DNA from: Myxococcales bacterium
GTDB lineage: Bacteria; Myxococcota_A; Polyangia; Polyangiales; DASUME01
Assembly (NCBI GenBank): GCA_047601445.1
Contig: JASGJH010000001.1
Location: 7,008,001 to 7,072,000, forward strand
Length of the DNA: 64,000 nucleotides
Direction: 5' to 3'
Shown piece by piece: positions 50,815-59,797 of this stretch. Every line of letters begins with the position of its first letter. Position 1 is the stretch's first letter. Under the pieces are notes generated by a model. That model saw only the letters and a list, made by a program, of their open reading frames with translations. It was not told where the DNA came from and made no database searches. The position numbers were made by a program, and so were the translations under genes.

Positions 50815-51705
50815 TCAAGGGCAGGGATCGTTCTCGCCCTTCGGAGTGCCGTAGTTGGTGCGATCACCGTCGACCGTGGTCACCGTGCCGTAGCTCTTGG
50901 TGGAGAAGCACCAGTTGGCGCCGTCGTCGTTCTGGGTGCCATCGAGGGCGCTCGGTGAGAGCTGCAGCGTGTGGCCTTCGGAGGCATCGGGCTTTTCGAG
51001 GAAGCTCAACGCGCTGTAGTCGACCTTGTCGATGATGGTGCCCTTGCAGGCGATCACTGGAGAGTCACCGGAGCCCGACAGGCCAGACTTCGTGCCGTAC
51101 ACGACGTCGCTCACGAAGCCCTGCACCTCAGCCGTGAAGTCGACGCTGCTGAGCGCCAGGTAGGCGTGCGGTGCGATCGTGATGTCGGCGAATGCGTAGT
51201 CGGCGTCACCCACCTTGTCGGAGAAGGTGCAGTCCTTGAGCTGGTAGCTCACCGTGGCGCTAGGGTTGTAGATCTCGACCCACTCGCCGTCGTCGTCTTC
51301 GCCGGTGGCGGTGAACGGCGCCGCCATGAACTCCGTGATGATGATCTGCCCTGCTGCAGAGAGCGGCATGGTGCTCGGTACGGCTGCGTCCGTGCCGCCA
51401 TCGTCGCTCGCCGCATCTTGGTGCGCGCTCGCGTCGCGCTCGTGGCCCGAGTCGTGCTCATGGCCTGCGTCGAGGTCGTGGCCCGCGTCGAGCTCGTCGT
51501 CGACTCCGGCGTCGTCCCCGCTTGGATCGGGGTCGTCGTCCTGGTCGTGGTCTCCCGTCGACGCGTCGTGACCGGGATGGGACGACCCGGAATCGTCCTT
51601 GGGACTGTTGTCGAGGAGCGTTCCCTGGTGGTCTCCGTCGCCGCAGGCCGAGACGAACGCCGTCGCGCCTGTGATCAAGAACACCATGGTAAGACGTTGC
51701 GACAT
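50815..51705 (-). CDS. Lamin-tail-domain lipoprotein
   Basis: VSA-C lipobox, acidic DAG linker, IITEFMA...GEWVEIYN, IDKVDY, NWC...GTPKGEN. Confidence 0.85.
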   Translation of the reverse strand: MSQRLTMVFLITGATAFVSACGDGDHQGTLLDNSPKDDSGSSHPGHDASTGDHDQDDDPDPSGDDAGVDDELDAGHDLDAGHEHDSGHERDASAHQDAASDDGGTDAAVPSTMPLSAAGQIIITEFMAAPFTATGEDDDGEWVEIYNPSATVSYQLKDCTFSDKVGDADYAFADITIAPHAYLALSSVDFTAEVQGFVSDVVYGTKSGLSGSGDSPVIACKGTIIDKVDYSALSFLEKPDASEGHTLQLSPSALDGTQNDDGANWCFSTKSYGTVTTVDGDRTNYGTPKGENDPCP

Positions 51706-51777
51706 GCTTCATTCCCCTTTCGAACCGGAGCCGATCCCCGCGCTGTCGAAGGAGATTGTCGCCAAAGCCGGACAGGC

Positions 51778-51821
51778 TTAGCTCTGAGCCTTTTCTGATC
51801 CTTTTCTAAGGATCTCCCAAG
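51778..51821. promoter_or_regulatory. Four 11-bp-phased direct repeats upstream of the LTD/kinase operon
   Basis: Minus strand CTTGGGAGATC CTTAGAAAAGG ATCAGAAAAGG CTCAGAGCTAA, followed by a GACAAT -10-like hexamer. Confidence 0.55.
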
Positions 51822-51991
51822 GACCGTTGGCAATGTGCGCGCGGTGTGTATGCGCGCGTCGGTGCAGCTCGACCGGCGCCACACCGAATCGGAGAGCCAG
51901 AGTCTCAGGGGAGACGCCACGGTCAAGCGCGACGCACAAGGGGTGGAAGGCCGTGCTGGCGGAGTGGCCATCGATCAAGCTATGCCTCGCG

Positions 51992-52327
51992 ATGATCCCT
52001 CAGCTGATCAAGAAGACTGGCCAGGCCTGGAAAGTGAAGCTCGGCTTCGCGGCGTTGATCGGCGGTGATCTGGTGAGGCGCTACGGGAGCGGGCATCGTG
52101 GGCAGTTCCACCTGGTTCCCTTGGGACTGCTGCTCGGCCTCACGGGGTTGGTGTACGCCTGGCTCGCCGTGCGCGGCCACGCCTGCGGCGCTCGCTGGAT
52201 TTGGATGGCGATGAGCGAGCAGCCACTCAGAACCTGGGGAAAGTGGCTCTTCGACCTACAGGCGTGTCCACGCTGCGGCGTTGAACCTGCCATGCGCACG
52301 GGTAGCGGCTCCCGAGCCACACCTTGA
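51992..52327 (+). CDS. Small membrane protein with partial Zn-ribbon
   Basis: Hydrophobic segments, GHACG...W and CPRCG. Confidence 0.5.
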   Translation: MIPQLIKKTGQAWKVKLGFAALIGGDLVRRYGSGHRGQFHLVPLGLLLGLTGLVYAWLAVRGHACGARWIWMAMSEQPLRTWGKWLFDLQACPRCGVEPAMRTGSGSRATP

Positions 52328-52353
52328 GGTAGCTCCGCGCGTTCGCCCTCCAG

Positions 52354-52770
52354 CTATCCGCGCGCCACGCCCTCGGCGAGCTCGGCGTTGGTGAGCGCCT
52401 GGCCGTTGATTCCCCACGTTCCATCCACCGCGTGGACCACGCTGCACCAGATGTGCTCCTTGGGCTGGCGTCCACCCGATGCCTCATGCACGATCTGCGT
52501 GGCCTCTTCGATGTAGCCGCGCTGAATGGCGCGATCCGTGAAAGCGATGCCAGGCACCTTCCACTCGACGAAGACCACGGGGGTCTCCTCCAGACCCGAG
52601 AACGTGTCGCGTTTGGGCAGCACGTGGATCGAGCCGACCACGTTGGGGGTCATCACGCGGTTGCCGCTCAGCCCGTGCCACCTGAGCATGGCCTCGCACA
52701 ACCGAGTGAACGTCGCCTTCTCCGTTCCCGCAGGGAGAACGCCTTCTGTGACCGTGAGAGTGAGTGGCAT
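52354..52770 (-). CDS. Tautomerase (4-OT/cis-CaaD-like) superfamily protein
   Basis: N-terminal Met-Pro (catalytic Pro1), GAGGAGG RBS, VHAVDGTWGING. Confidence 0.8.
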   Translation of the reverse strand: MPLTLTVTEGVLPAGTEKATFTRLCEAMLRWHGLSGNRVMTPNVVGSIHVLPKRDTFSGLEETPVVFVEWKVPGIAFTDRAIQRGYIEEATQIVHEASGGRQPKEHIWCSVVHAVDGTWGINGQALTNAELAEGVARG

Positions 52771-52837
52771 GTTGGACCTCCTCTTGGCGTAAGGGTGCAC
52801 GGGGACCGGGCCATTGTGGCCCGTCCCGAATCGTCGT

Positions 52838-52906
52838 ATAACGATCGTTATCCACGATCTACATAACGACCGCTATCGTCGCAAGGAAAAACATAGCGAT
52901 CGTTAT
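52838..52906. promoter_or_regulatory. Three TetR operator palindromes ATA(A/G)CGA(T/C)CG(T/C)TAT
   Basis: ATAACGATCGTTAT (52838), ATAACGACCGCTAT (52863), ATAGCGATCGTTAT (52893), between divergent genes. Confidence 0.8.
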
Positions 52907-52922
52907 TTGTGCGGGAAGTCCG

Positions 52923-53525
52923 ATGAGAGAGAGCAAAAAAAGCGAGCAAACCCGGGCGCTGATTCTGGCGGGCGCGGGCCGCACCTTTCGCAGCCATGGG
53001 TACGGCGGGGCCGGGGTCGACGGCCTGGCCAAGGCGGCGGGACTCACGTCGGGAGCCTTCTACGCCTACTTCAAGTCCAAGGCCGAGGCCTTTCGAGAGG
53101 CGGTCCGTGTGGGCATGCACGACCTCGAGCAGGCCATTCGTACGCTGCGTGCCGAGCAAGGTGAGCGCTGGGTGGAGTCCTTCGTGCGCTTTTACTTGGG
53201 CGAGCGACGGACCTGCGCGCTGACCGAGAGCTGCGCGCTCCAGAGCCTCACGCCCGAGGTGGCTCGCGCCGATCCCGAGACACGGGAGGCCTTCGAGGCC
53301 GCGCTCCGTGCCGTCATCGACGCCACCGCCGGGGGCATGGACGGGGCAACTCCGAAGCAGCGTCGCAGTCAGGCCATCGTCATGTTGGCGGCTCTCTCGG
53401 GCGGAGTTTCCCTGGCGCGTGCGGTGAACGACTCGACGCTTTCCAAAGAGATCGCGGACACCATCCAGAGCTCCCTGCTGGGTGCCCACGAAGCCAAGTC
53501 TGGGTCCAAACGCTCCAAGCGCTGA
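52923..53525 (+). CDS. TetR/AcrR family regulator
   Basis: TRALIL...F..HGY...GVD.LAKAAGLTSGAFYAYFKSK. Confidence 0.93.
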   Translation: MRESKKSEQTRALILAGAGRTFRSHGYGGAGVDGLAKAAGLTSGAFYAYFKSKAEAFREAVRVGMHDLEQAIRTLRAEQGERWVESFVRFYLGERRTCALTESCALQSLTPEVARADPETREAFEAALRAVIDATAGGMDGATPKQRRSQAIVMLAALSGGVSLARAVNDSTLSKEIADTIQSSLLGAHEAKSGSKRSKR

Positions 53526-53539
53526 GACGGAACGAGAAA

Positions 53540-53561
53540 GGGAGGGCCCGCCGGCCCTCCC
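53540..53561 (+). terminator. Hairpin after tetR
   Basis: GGGAGGGCC-CGCC-GGCCCTCCC. Confidence 0.4.
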
Positions 53562-53660
53562 ACTTCGAACTTATGCCAGAGGTGGGGACTTGCCACAAGC
53601 CCCATATGGCGCCGTACAGTGCCCGGTCGCACAAGTTGTGACAGCAGCAAAGGGAGCAGG

Positions 53661-55154
53661 ATGCACCACGAATCCGGACGCAGCGTGATCGCGAAAGAGC
53701 ATGCGGTGGTGATCGTCGGAGGGGGGCCAACGGGCCTGATGTTGGCGGGCGAATTGGCCTTGGCTCACATCGACGTCGCCATCGTCGAGCGCCGGGCCAG
53801 TCAGGAGCTCGAAGGTTCGCGCGCAGGTGGCCTGCACGCTCGCTCCATCGAGGTGCTCGAGCAACGGGGCATCGCCGAGCGCTTCGTGTCCCAGGGACAG
53901 ACGACCCCGCTCGCGTTCGTCTCGCAGATCCCCCTCGACATCAGTGACTTGCCGACACGCCACCGCTACGTGCTCGCGCTTTGGCAGAACCGCATCGAGC
54001 AAGTCTTGGCCGACTGGGTCGCGGAGCTTGCGGTGCCGATCTACCGGGCCCAGGAGGTGAGCGGTTTCACGCAGCACGACCAAGGCGTCGAGGTGGAACT
54101 CGCGGGCGGCGGCTCGCTACACGCCGAGTATCTCGTGGGGTGTGACGGAGGTCGCAGCTCGATCCGCAAGCGAGCCGGCATCGACTTTCCGGGTTGGGAT
54201 GCGTCGACCAGCTACTTGATCGGCGAGGTCGAGCTGGCCGAGGAGCCAGCTTGGGGCGTCCGCCACGATGACAAGGGGACCTATGCGATCGGCAAGCTCG
54301 ATGACGGCAAGCGTGCGCGCGTGGTGTTGAGGGAGCCGCAGGTCCGCCAAGGCGACCAGCCCAACCTGCGCGACCTCAGCGAGGGACTCATCGCCCTCTA
54401 CGGAACGGACTACGGGCTTCAGCGCGCGACCTGGATTTCAAGGTTCACCGATGCGGCTCGGCAGGCAGCCTCGTACCGGAAAGGAAGGGTGCTCCTGGCC
54501 GGCGACGCAGCGCACGTGCATTCGCCCATGGGCGGACAGGGGCTCAACACAGGCGTCCAGGACGCCGTGAACCTGGGCTGGAAGCTCGCCCAGGTAGTCA
54601 AGGGAACATCGCCCGAGAGCCTACTCGACAGCTATCACGCAGAGCGACACCCGGTCGGAGCCCGCGTGCTTCGCACCACGATGGCGCTCACCGCGCTCAG
54701 CCGCGGGGACGCACGCACGGACGCGCTGCGCGACAGCATGGGCGAGCTGCTGAAGATGGACGAGCCGCGCAAGCGATATGCCGCGATGATCTCGGGCCTG
54801 GACGTTCACTACGATCTCGGCGCGGGACATCCGCTCGTGGGCCGCCGCATGCCCGACCTCGATCTGAGCACCGACACCGGTTCGCAGCGCGTGTTCTCGC
54901 TGCTGCACGCGGCTCGACCCGTGTGCCTCGACCTCGGCGAACCCAGCGCCCTGGACATCGCGCCATGGACGGACCGGGTTCGGCACGTGGAGGCTCGGTA
55001 CGAGGGCCCTTGGGAGCTTCCGGTCTTCGGGGGGGTGCCTGCACCGAAGGCTGTTCTGATTCGACCCGATGGACACGTGGCGTGGGTAGGCGAAGGCACG
55101 GACGCGGGTCTACGTGATGCCCTCACCATGTGGTTCGGAGCGCCGGCTGCGTAG
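53661..55154 (+). CDS. FAD-dependent monooxygenase (PheA/TfdB/Rox-like group A)
   Basis: VIVGGGPTG, GCDGGRS, GRVLLAGDAAHVHSPMGGQGLNTG.QDA.NLGWKL, LIRPDGHVAW. Confidence 0.93.
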   Translation: MHHESGRSVIAKEHAVVIVGGGPTGLMLAGELALAHIDVAIVERRASQELEGSRAGGLHARSIEVLEQRGIAERFVSQGQTTPLAFVSQIPLDISDLPTRHRYVLALWQNRIEQVLADWVAELAVPIYRAQEVSGFTQHDQGVEVELAGGGSLHAEYLVGCDGGRSSIRKRAGIDFPGWDASTSYLIGEVELAEEPAWGVRHDDKGTYAIGKLDDGKRARVVLREPQVRQGDQPNLRDLSEGLIALYGTDYGLQRATWISRFTDAARQAASYRKGRVLLAGDAAHVHSPMGGQGLNTGVQDAVNLGWKLAQVVKGTSPESLLDSYHAERHPVGARVLRTTMALTALSRGDARTDALRDSMGELLKMDEPRKRYAAMISGLDVHYDLGAGHPLVGRRMPDLDLSTDTGSQRVFSLLHAARPVCLDLGEPSALDIAPWTDRVRHVEARYEGPWELPVFGGVPAPKAVLIRPDGHVAWVGEGTDAGLRDALTMWFGAPAA

Positions 55155-55211
55155 CGCACCCGTGGCGCTCAAACCCGTGCAATGGCCCACCCGCCCCTCG
55201 GTCAAGCCTCG

Positions 55212-56948
55212 TCAGGGCACGTGAACGATCACGTCGCTGAAGTAGCGGGACGACGAGGAGGCGTCTTTGCAGCCCGTGCCGCTGATGAGGTGGTCACCCT
55301 GGTCGAACAGAACCTGGACGTCGTGGGTGTTGGGGTAGAGCACGATGGCTTCGGGGGCCGAGTCGCTGGGCGCCGTCAAGTCCTGCACGGGCACGGGCAA
55401 CTCCGTGGCCACGCCGCTCCACTTGAAGAGGCGGAAGGCGCCACCTTCGTCCACGATGCCGCCGAGGATCAACAGGGCGTTGTGCACCGGCGACCAGGTC
55501 ATCGCGCGCACACCCAAGCCCTCGAGATCCAGCAAGGTGGCTTCGCCGAAGCTGGGCGTGGCGCCGCCCAACACAGCGTCCGCGTTCAGCAGCGAGACCA
55601 TGATGGCGTCCGCGCCGGAGTGTGGGTTGCGGAAGCCGATCACGAGCTGGTTCGGGCGCTGCGCCGTGGGGAGCCAGGCCAGGCCTTCGATGTTGGTGCC
55701 GTTGACCTTGGGAGCGAGCGAGGCCACGGTGGCCTTGCTCAGCTGGGAGCTGTTGTTGAGCAGCGAGATGATGGTGGCGTCGGGCGTAACCCAGTTGGCC
55801 GACACGAGCATGTTGTCGAGCAAGGTGCTGGTGTAGCCGGCCGAGGTGATGGTGAGGCTCGGCGCGGCGCCCGAGATGTTGAGGCCGAAGAAGCGGTAGC
55901 GCGGGCGCTCGAGGTTGCCGTTCTTGTCGCGGCCGTGGGAGGTGATGCCGTACATGCGCGAGCCCACCAGGGCGGCGTCCTCGAGGTCAGCCTCGTCGCT
56001 GCTCGACAGACCGAGCATGCTGCTGATCTCCTTGGTCTGCACGGGCGTGGCGTTGGCGCCGCGCTTGTAGATCCGCAGCGTCTGGTTCTCGTCGTTGCCG
56101 TCGAGGAAGTAGGTCGCGTCGAGACCCACCGCGAGCGAGCCGTCGCAGGTGCCCTTGTAGTTACCCGGCGTGGGATCGAGGGTGACCTCGCCGCCACCGC
56201 CGCCACCGCTCGTGGTGTCGTAGCTGACGGTGAGCTTGGGCCGCTGAGACTTGGTGCCGTACTCACTCGAGCGGAACTCGAGGCGGTTGGTGGAGCTCGG
56301 GCCCACCAGGAAGAAGCCGTGGTTGGCGCTCGGGTTCGCGACCCAGTTCTGCACGACCGCGATGCCCGCGGCGTTCAGCGTGATGGTGTAGGTGCCCGTC
56401 GAACCGGCGGAGAAGCTGCCGAGTGCGGTCGTGCCGCGGTCGAGGCTGCCCGCGCCGCCAGCGACCTGCCAGTTGGACCCGGTCGCGTACACGTTCCAGC
56501 TCGCCTTGCTCTCGTCCCAGGTCTGCTTGGCCTCGTAGAGCGTGAAGGTGTCGGAGCTCTTGTCCGAGACCACCAGCGTGATGCTCGCGGACTGAACGGT
56601 AGCGGTGGTCGGAATGCTGGCGCTCACGTCCCAGAGAAGCAGGGCATTCTTGGCGTCGTCGCCGTCCACTGAGAGGGCCGTGTCCGTGCCGTTGGTGGTG
56701 GTGGGCGCGCTCGCTTCGAGCATGGTGTCGCGGGTGCCCGTGTAGCTCGTGCTCGGCAGCTGTCCGTCCTGGAAGCTCACCGAACTCACGAGTGCATCGC
56801 TGCTCCCCTGCACGTCCATCGGCTCGCTTTCCTGCGCCTCGGACGGCGTGCCTTCGTCGGACTCTTCGACCTCCCCGCAGGCCGGCATCGACAACAGTCC
56901 CCAGGCCAGGATCAGGCGCGCGATCTCACTCGAACGTACTTGCTTCAT
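55212..56948 (-). CDS. Lipoprotein with DNRLRE/CBM96-like domain and DUF3616-like beta-propeller
   Basis: MPA-C lipobox; FQDG...YTGTRDT, W.E..ASW, VQNWV.NP..NHG, SSE..RPKL; DLEDAA, ITSHGR, NIEGLA, IGFRNP, APEA. Confidence 0.82.
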   Translation of the reverse strand: MKQVRSSEIARLILAWGLLSMPACGEVEESDEGTPSEAQESEPMDVQGSSDALVSSVSFQDGQLPSTSYTGTRDTMLEASAPTTTNGTDTALSVDGDDAKNALLLWDVSASIPTTATVQSASITLVVSDKSSDTFTLYEAKQTWDESKASWNVYATGSNWQVAGGAGSLDRGTTALGSFSAGSTGTYTITLNAAGIAVVQNWVANPSANHGFFLVGPSSTNRLEFRSSEYGTKSQRPKLTVSYDTTSGGGGGGEVTLDPTPGNYKGTCDGSLAVGLDATYFLDGNDENQTLRIYKRGANATPVQTKEISSMLGLSSSDEADLEDAALVGSRMYGITSHGRDKNGNLERPRYRFFGLNISGAAPSLTITSAGYTSTLLDNMLVSANWVTPDATIISLLNNSSQLSKATVASLAPKVNGTNIEGLAWLPTAQRPNQLVIGFRNPHSGADAIMVSLLNADAVLGGATPSFGEATLLDLEGLGVRAMTWSPVHNALLILGGIVDEGGAFRLFKWSGVATELPVPVQDLTAPSDSAPEAIVLYPNTHDVQVLFDQGDHLISGTGCKDASSSSRYFSDVIVHVP

Positions 56949-57158
56949 GGATGTGGTTCCCCCTGCTCGGTCGCCAACGCGGCGCCCACGAGCGTCGGCA
57001 GAGGGTGCCCGGCGAATATCGCGGTCCGGTCACGATTGCGTGAGGTGTGCGGCTCAGAATGATCGCGTTCGCGTGGCGCCGAGACGGCAAAAACTGGGGT
57101 CGACCTCGAAATCTTCAGGTCCACGAGTGCGGGCACGCGTACGACCCGGATCGAAGAG

Positions 57159-57220
57159 AATACTTAAGTTTTAACTTGAACGATGGTGCCGAGCGATCCA
57201 ATACTTTAGCCTCGCCTAAA
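57159..57220. promoter_or_regulatory. Two putative ArsR operators upstream of doxX
   Basis: AATACTTAAG-N6-CTTGA (57159) and AATACTTTAG-N6-CTAAA (57200). Confidence 0.55.
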
Positions 57221-57259
57221 CAAATGAGGGGCCCTGAGCGCCCCCGGAAAGGACCGCCC

Positions 57260-57700
57260 ATGTCTGCCTTCAGCCAAGCCTCACTCCCCTCGCCCCGGCC
57301 CCTCGCGGCCCGCCTGCTCTACTGGGTGCCCACCTGCATGATCGTCATGGTGATGTTCAGTGGCGGCCTGATGGATGCCCTGCAGACCCCGCAAGCCATG
57401 GAGGTCTTCCGGCTGCTGGGTTATCCGGCCTATTTCGCCGTGCTGCTCGGCGTGGCCAAGGTTCTGGGCTCGCTGGCGCTGGTGGCCCCGGTGCCGCCCA
57501 CCGTGCGCGAGTGGGCCTACGCCGGGCTCACGTTCGACGTCTTGAGCGCCATCGTGTCTTGTCTGGCGGTGGGCAAATCGGCGGCAGAGCTGGGGTTTCC
57601 CTTCCTCGCCCTGGCCCTGCTCCTCACCAGCTACCTGACGTGGCGCCGGCGTAGCTTTCACGCCGCTTTCGCTCGTTCAAATACTTTAGTCATGGCTTGA
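57260..57700 (+). CDS. DoxX-like (DoxX_2) membrane protein
   Basis: LGYPAYF..LLGVAKVLG, EWAYAGLTF; AAAGGA RBS. Confidence 0.88.
   Translation: MSAFSQASLPSPRPLAARLLYWVPTCMIVMVMFSGGLMDALQTPQAMEVFRLLGYPAYFAVLLGVAKVLGSLALVAPVPPTVREWAYAGLTFDVLSAIVSCLAVGKSAAELGFPFLALALLLTSYLTWRRRSFHAAFARSNTLVMA
57680..57700. promoter_or_regulatory. Third ArsR-type operator just upstream of arsR
   Basis: AATACTTTAG-N6-CTTGA. Confidence 0.5.
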
Positions 57701-57716
57701 CCAAGTGCAGGCCGTC

Positions 57717-58094
57717 ATGCAGCCTGAAGTCATGAGGCAGACCGTCGTCGACCAAGTGTTCACCGCCCTGGGCGACCCCACCCGTCGCGCCATCGTGGAG
57801 CGGCTCGTTCAGGGCCCCACCTCGGTGAGCGACCTGGCCAAGCCGTTCGGCATCAGCTTGGCCGCTGTGATGCAGCACCTGCAGGTCCTCGAGCAGAGCG
57901 GGCTCGCACGTAGCCAGAAGATCGGGCGTGTGCGCACCTGCTCCATCGAGACGGCAGGCCTGCGGCTCGCCGAGCAGTGGCTCGAGCAACGCCGCAGCCT
58001 GTGGGAGCGCCGCTTCGACCGCCTGGAGGCTTTGCTCGACGAAGAAGACGACGAGCCCCCGAGTTCCCCCACCAGCAAGAGGAAAAAGTCATGA
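57717..58094 (+). CDS. ArsR/SmtB family regulator
   Basis: VFTALGDPTRRAIV, SVSDLAKPF..SL.AV.QHLQVLE.SGL..S.K.GRVRTC. Confidence 0.92.
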   Translation: MQPEVMRQTVVDQVFTALGDPTRRAIVERLVQGPTSVSDLAKPFGISLAAVMQHLQVLEQSGLARSQKIGRVRTCSIETAGLRLAEQWLEQRRSLWERRFDRLEALLDEEDDEPPSSPTSKRKKS

Positions 58095-58555
58095 GCGAAA
58101 ATTCCGTGGTGCATGGCACCTTCACGATCGAACGTACCTACAAGCACACCCCCGCCAAGGTGTTCGCGGCTTTTCACGATCCCAGGAAGAAGCGGCGTTG
58201 GTTCGCCGAGGGCGAGGGCTGGGAGGTGGAGGAGTTCAAGGTGGACTTCCGCGTGAACGGTTTCGAGACGAGCCGCTTCCGCTTCAAGGGCGGCCCCGAG
58301 ATGACCAACCACACGCTGTTCACGGACATCGTGCCCGATCGCCGCATCATCGTTTGCTACACCATGGCCGTGGCGGGCAAGCGCATCTCGAGCTCGCTCG
58401 GGACCACGCAGTTCATCCCCGTGGGATCGGGGACGAAGGTGATTTACACCGAGCAGGTCGTGTTCCTCGACGGCGCGGACGCGACCAAGGATCGCGAGGC
58501 GGGCAGTCGTGAGCTGTTCGAGGCGCTCGAGCGCGAGCTCAACCGCGAGGATTGA
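58091..58555 (+). CDS. SRPBCC (Aha1-like) family protein
   Basis: HGTFTIERTY...PAKVF.AF.DP..K.RWF, DFRV.G, DIVPDRRI, TEQ..FLDG. ATGA overlap. Confidence 0.9.
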   Translation: MSENSVVHGTFTIERTYKHTPAKVFAAFHDPRKKRRWFAEGEGWEVEEFKVDFRVNGFETSRFRFKGGPEMTNHTLFTDIVPDRRIIVCYTMAVAGKRISSSLGTTQFIPVGSGTKVIYTEQVVFLDGADATKDREAGSRELFEALERELNRED

Positions 58556-58558
58556 GCG

Positions 58559-59104
58559 CTACGCGAAGCGATGCAACACCGTGTAGCGCGTGCTGCGAGT
58601 CTCGCCGCTCGGCAAGGCGGCCGTGATTTCGAATACGGTGTTCGGGGGGAAGGAGGCGTAGTGCTTCTGGCAAGCCACCAACACCTCGCCTCGCGCGCGG
58701 TCGAACGGCGCATCGTGGACCTCGGTCAGCAGGTTGCCGCTCGCCTCGTCGTGGACGCTGAAGTCGACCTTGACGACGTCGGAGAGCTCGAGCCCCTGCA
58801 GTCGGTGGAGGAGGATGTCCACGTGGCGCGGGAACGTAACCTCGCGTCGCTCGCCCGGCGACATCGGGTTGTCCTCGATGCAGAGACCGCGCGCGTGCAG
58901 GGTGTCGAGCAGCGCGGGTGCGAGCACCGGAGGCAACAACTCGCGTAGTGATTGCGCGAGCTGGGCCACGCGGGCCGAGTGCTCGCTGCAGCGAACGCAG
59001 GCCATCAAATGCTCGTCCACGCGCTCGGTCTCGGCTTCGGAGAGGTCAGCGCTCCAGTAAGCAACCAAGGTCTCCCAGGCGAGTGGGGTACTACACGGAC
59101 TCAT
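58559..59104 (-). CDS. zf-HC2 anti-sigma-like protein (soluble)
   Basis: LVAY...L......VDEHLMACVRC (HxxxCxxC); ATGA overlap with the sigma gene; no TM. Confidence 0.85.
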   Translation of the reverse strand: MSPCSTPLAWETLVAYWSADLSEAETERVDEHLMACVRCSEHSARVAQLAQSLRELLPPVLAPALLDTLHARGLCIEDNPMSPGERREVTFPRHVDILLHRLQGLELSDVVKVDFSVHDEASGNLLTEVHDAPFDRARGEVLVACQKHYASFPPNTVFEITAALPSGETRSTRYTVLHRFA

Positions 59105-59748
59105 GCGTTCTCCCGGGGAGCGCGCGACGGCGGACCGAAGGCCGTGCCGCCATCCAGGCACTGACGCAGGGCATGGAGCGCTCGATGGCGAAGCACGCGC
59201 ACATTGCCGGCGCTGAGGGTCAGCGTGGTCGCGATCTCCTCGGCGGAGCGTTCTTCCTGAAAGGACAGCATCACCACCTGACGTGCGCGAAGCTCGAGGG
59301 CCGCGAGGCAGCGCATCAGGGCGGCGGTGTCCAACATGGCGAACGGCTTCACGACCAACTCCTCGGGTAGGTTCCCACCAGCGAAGCCCGCGTGCCCACG
59401 GGCGTAGCCGGCGTCATCGTCGCTCAGGAGGCCGGGTTGCTCGCGCTGGGCGCGGGCGCGCATGCGCTGCGCGGTGAGGCGACAGGTGCCGAGCACGAAG
59501 CGCTCGAGCTTGTCGTGTTGCTCGATGCTGCCGCGGCGGGCGGCTTCCAGCACGCGCAGGAGCACGAGCTGCACCAGGTCCTCTGCCAGGCCGCGCTCGC
59601 GCAGGTGCTTGAGGCCATAGAGCCGAATCCGCGTCGCATAGCGCGCACAGAGCTCGGCCTCGGCCGCGCGCGCGGCGGCAGCGTGTCCCGTGTCCCGCGC
59701 GCCGATGTGGCGCACGAGCTCCTCGTCTGCCAAGGCCTCCGAGCCCAT
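59101..59748 (-). CDS. ECF RNA polymerase sigma factor
   Basis: DEELV, AEDLVQ, CL..L..R.RQVV.L, SAEEIA..L.LS.GNVRV.RHRAL..LR.C. Confidence 0.9.
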   Translation of the reverse strand: MGSEALADEELVRHIGARDTGHAAAARAAEAELCARYATRIRLYGLKHLRERGLAEDLVQLVLLRVLEAARRGSIEQHDKLERFVLGTCRLTAQRMRARAQREQPGLLSDDDAGYARGHAGFAGGNLPEELVVKPFAMLDTAALMRCLAALELRARQVVMLSFQEERSAEEIATTLTLSAGNVRVLRHRALHALRQCLDGGTAFGPPSRAPRENA

Positions 59749-59797
59749 CACCTCGCAACGCTAGCACGCTTGCCCTCGTCAGCCTTCACGGGAGCGT

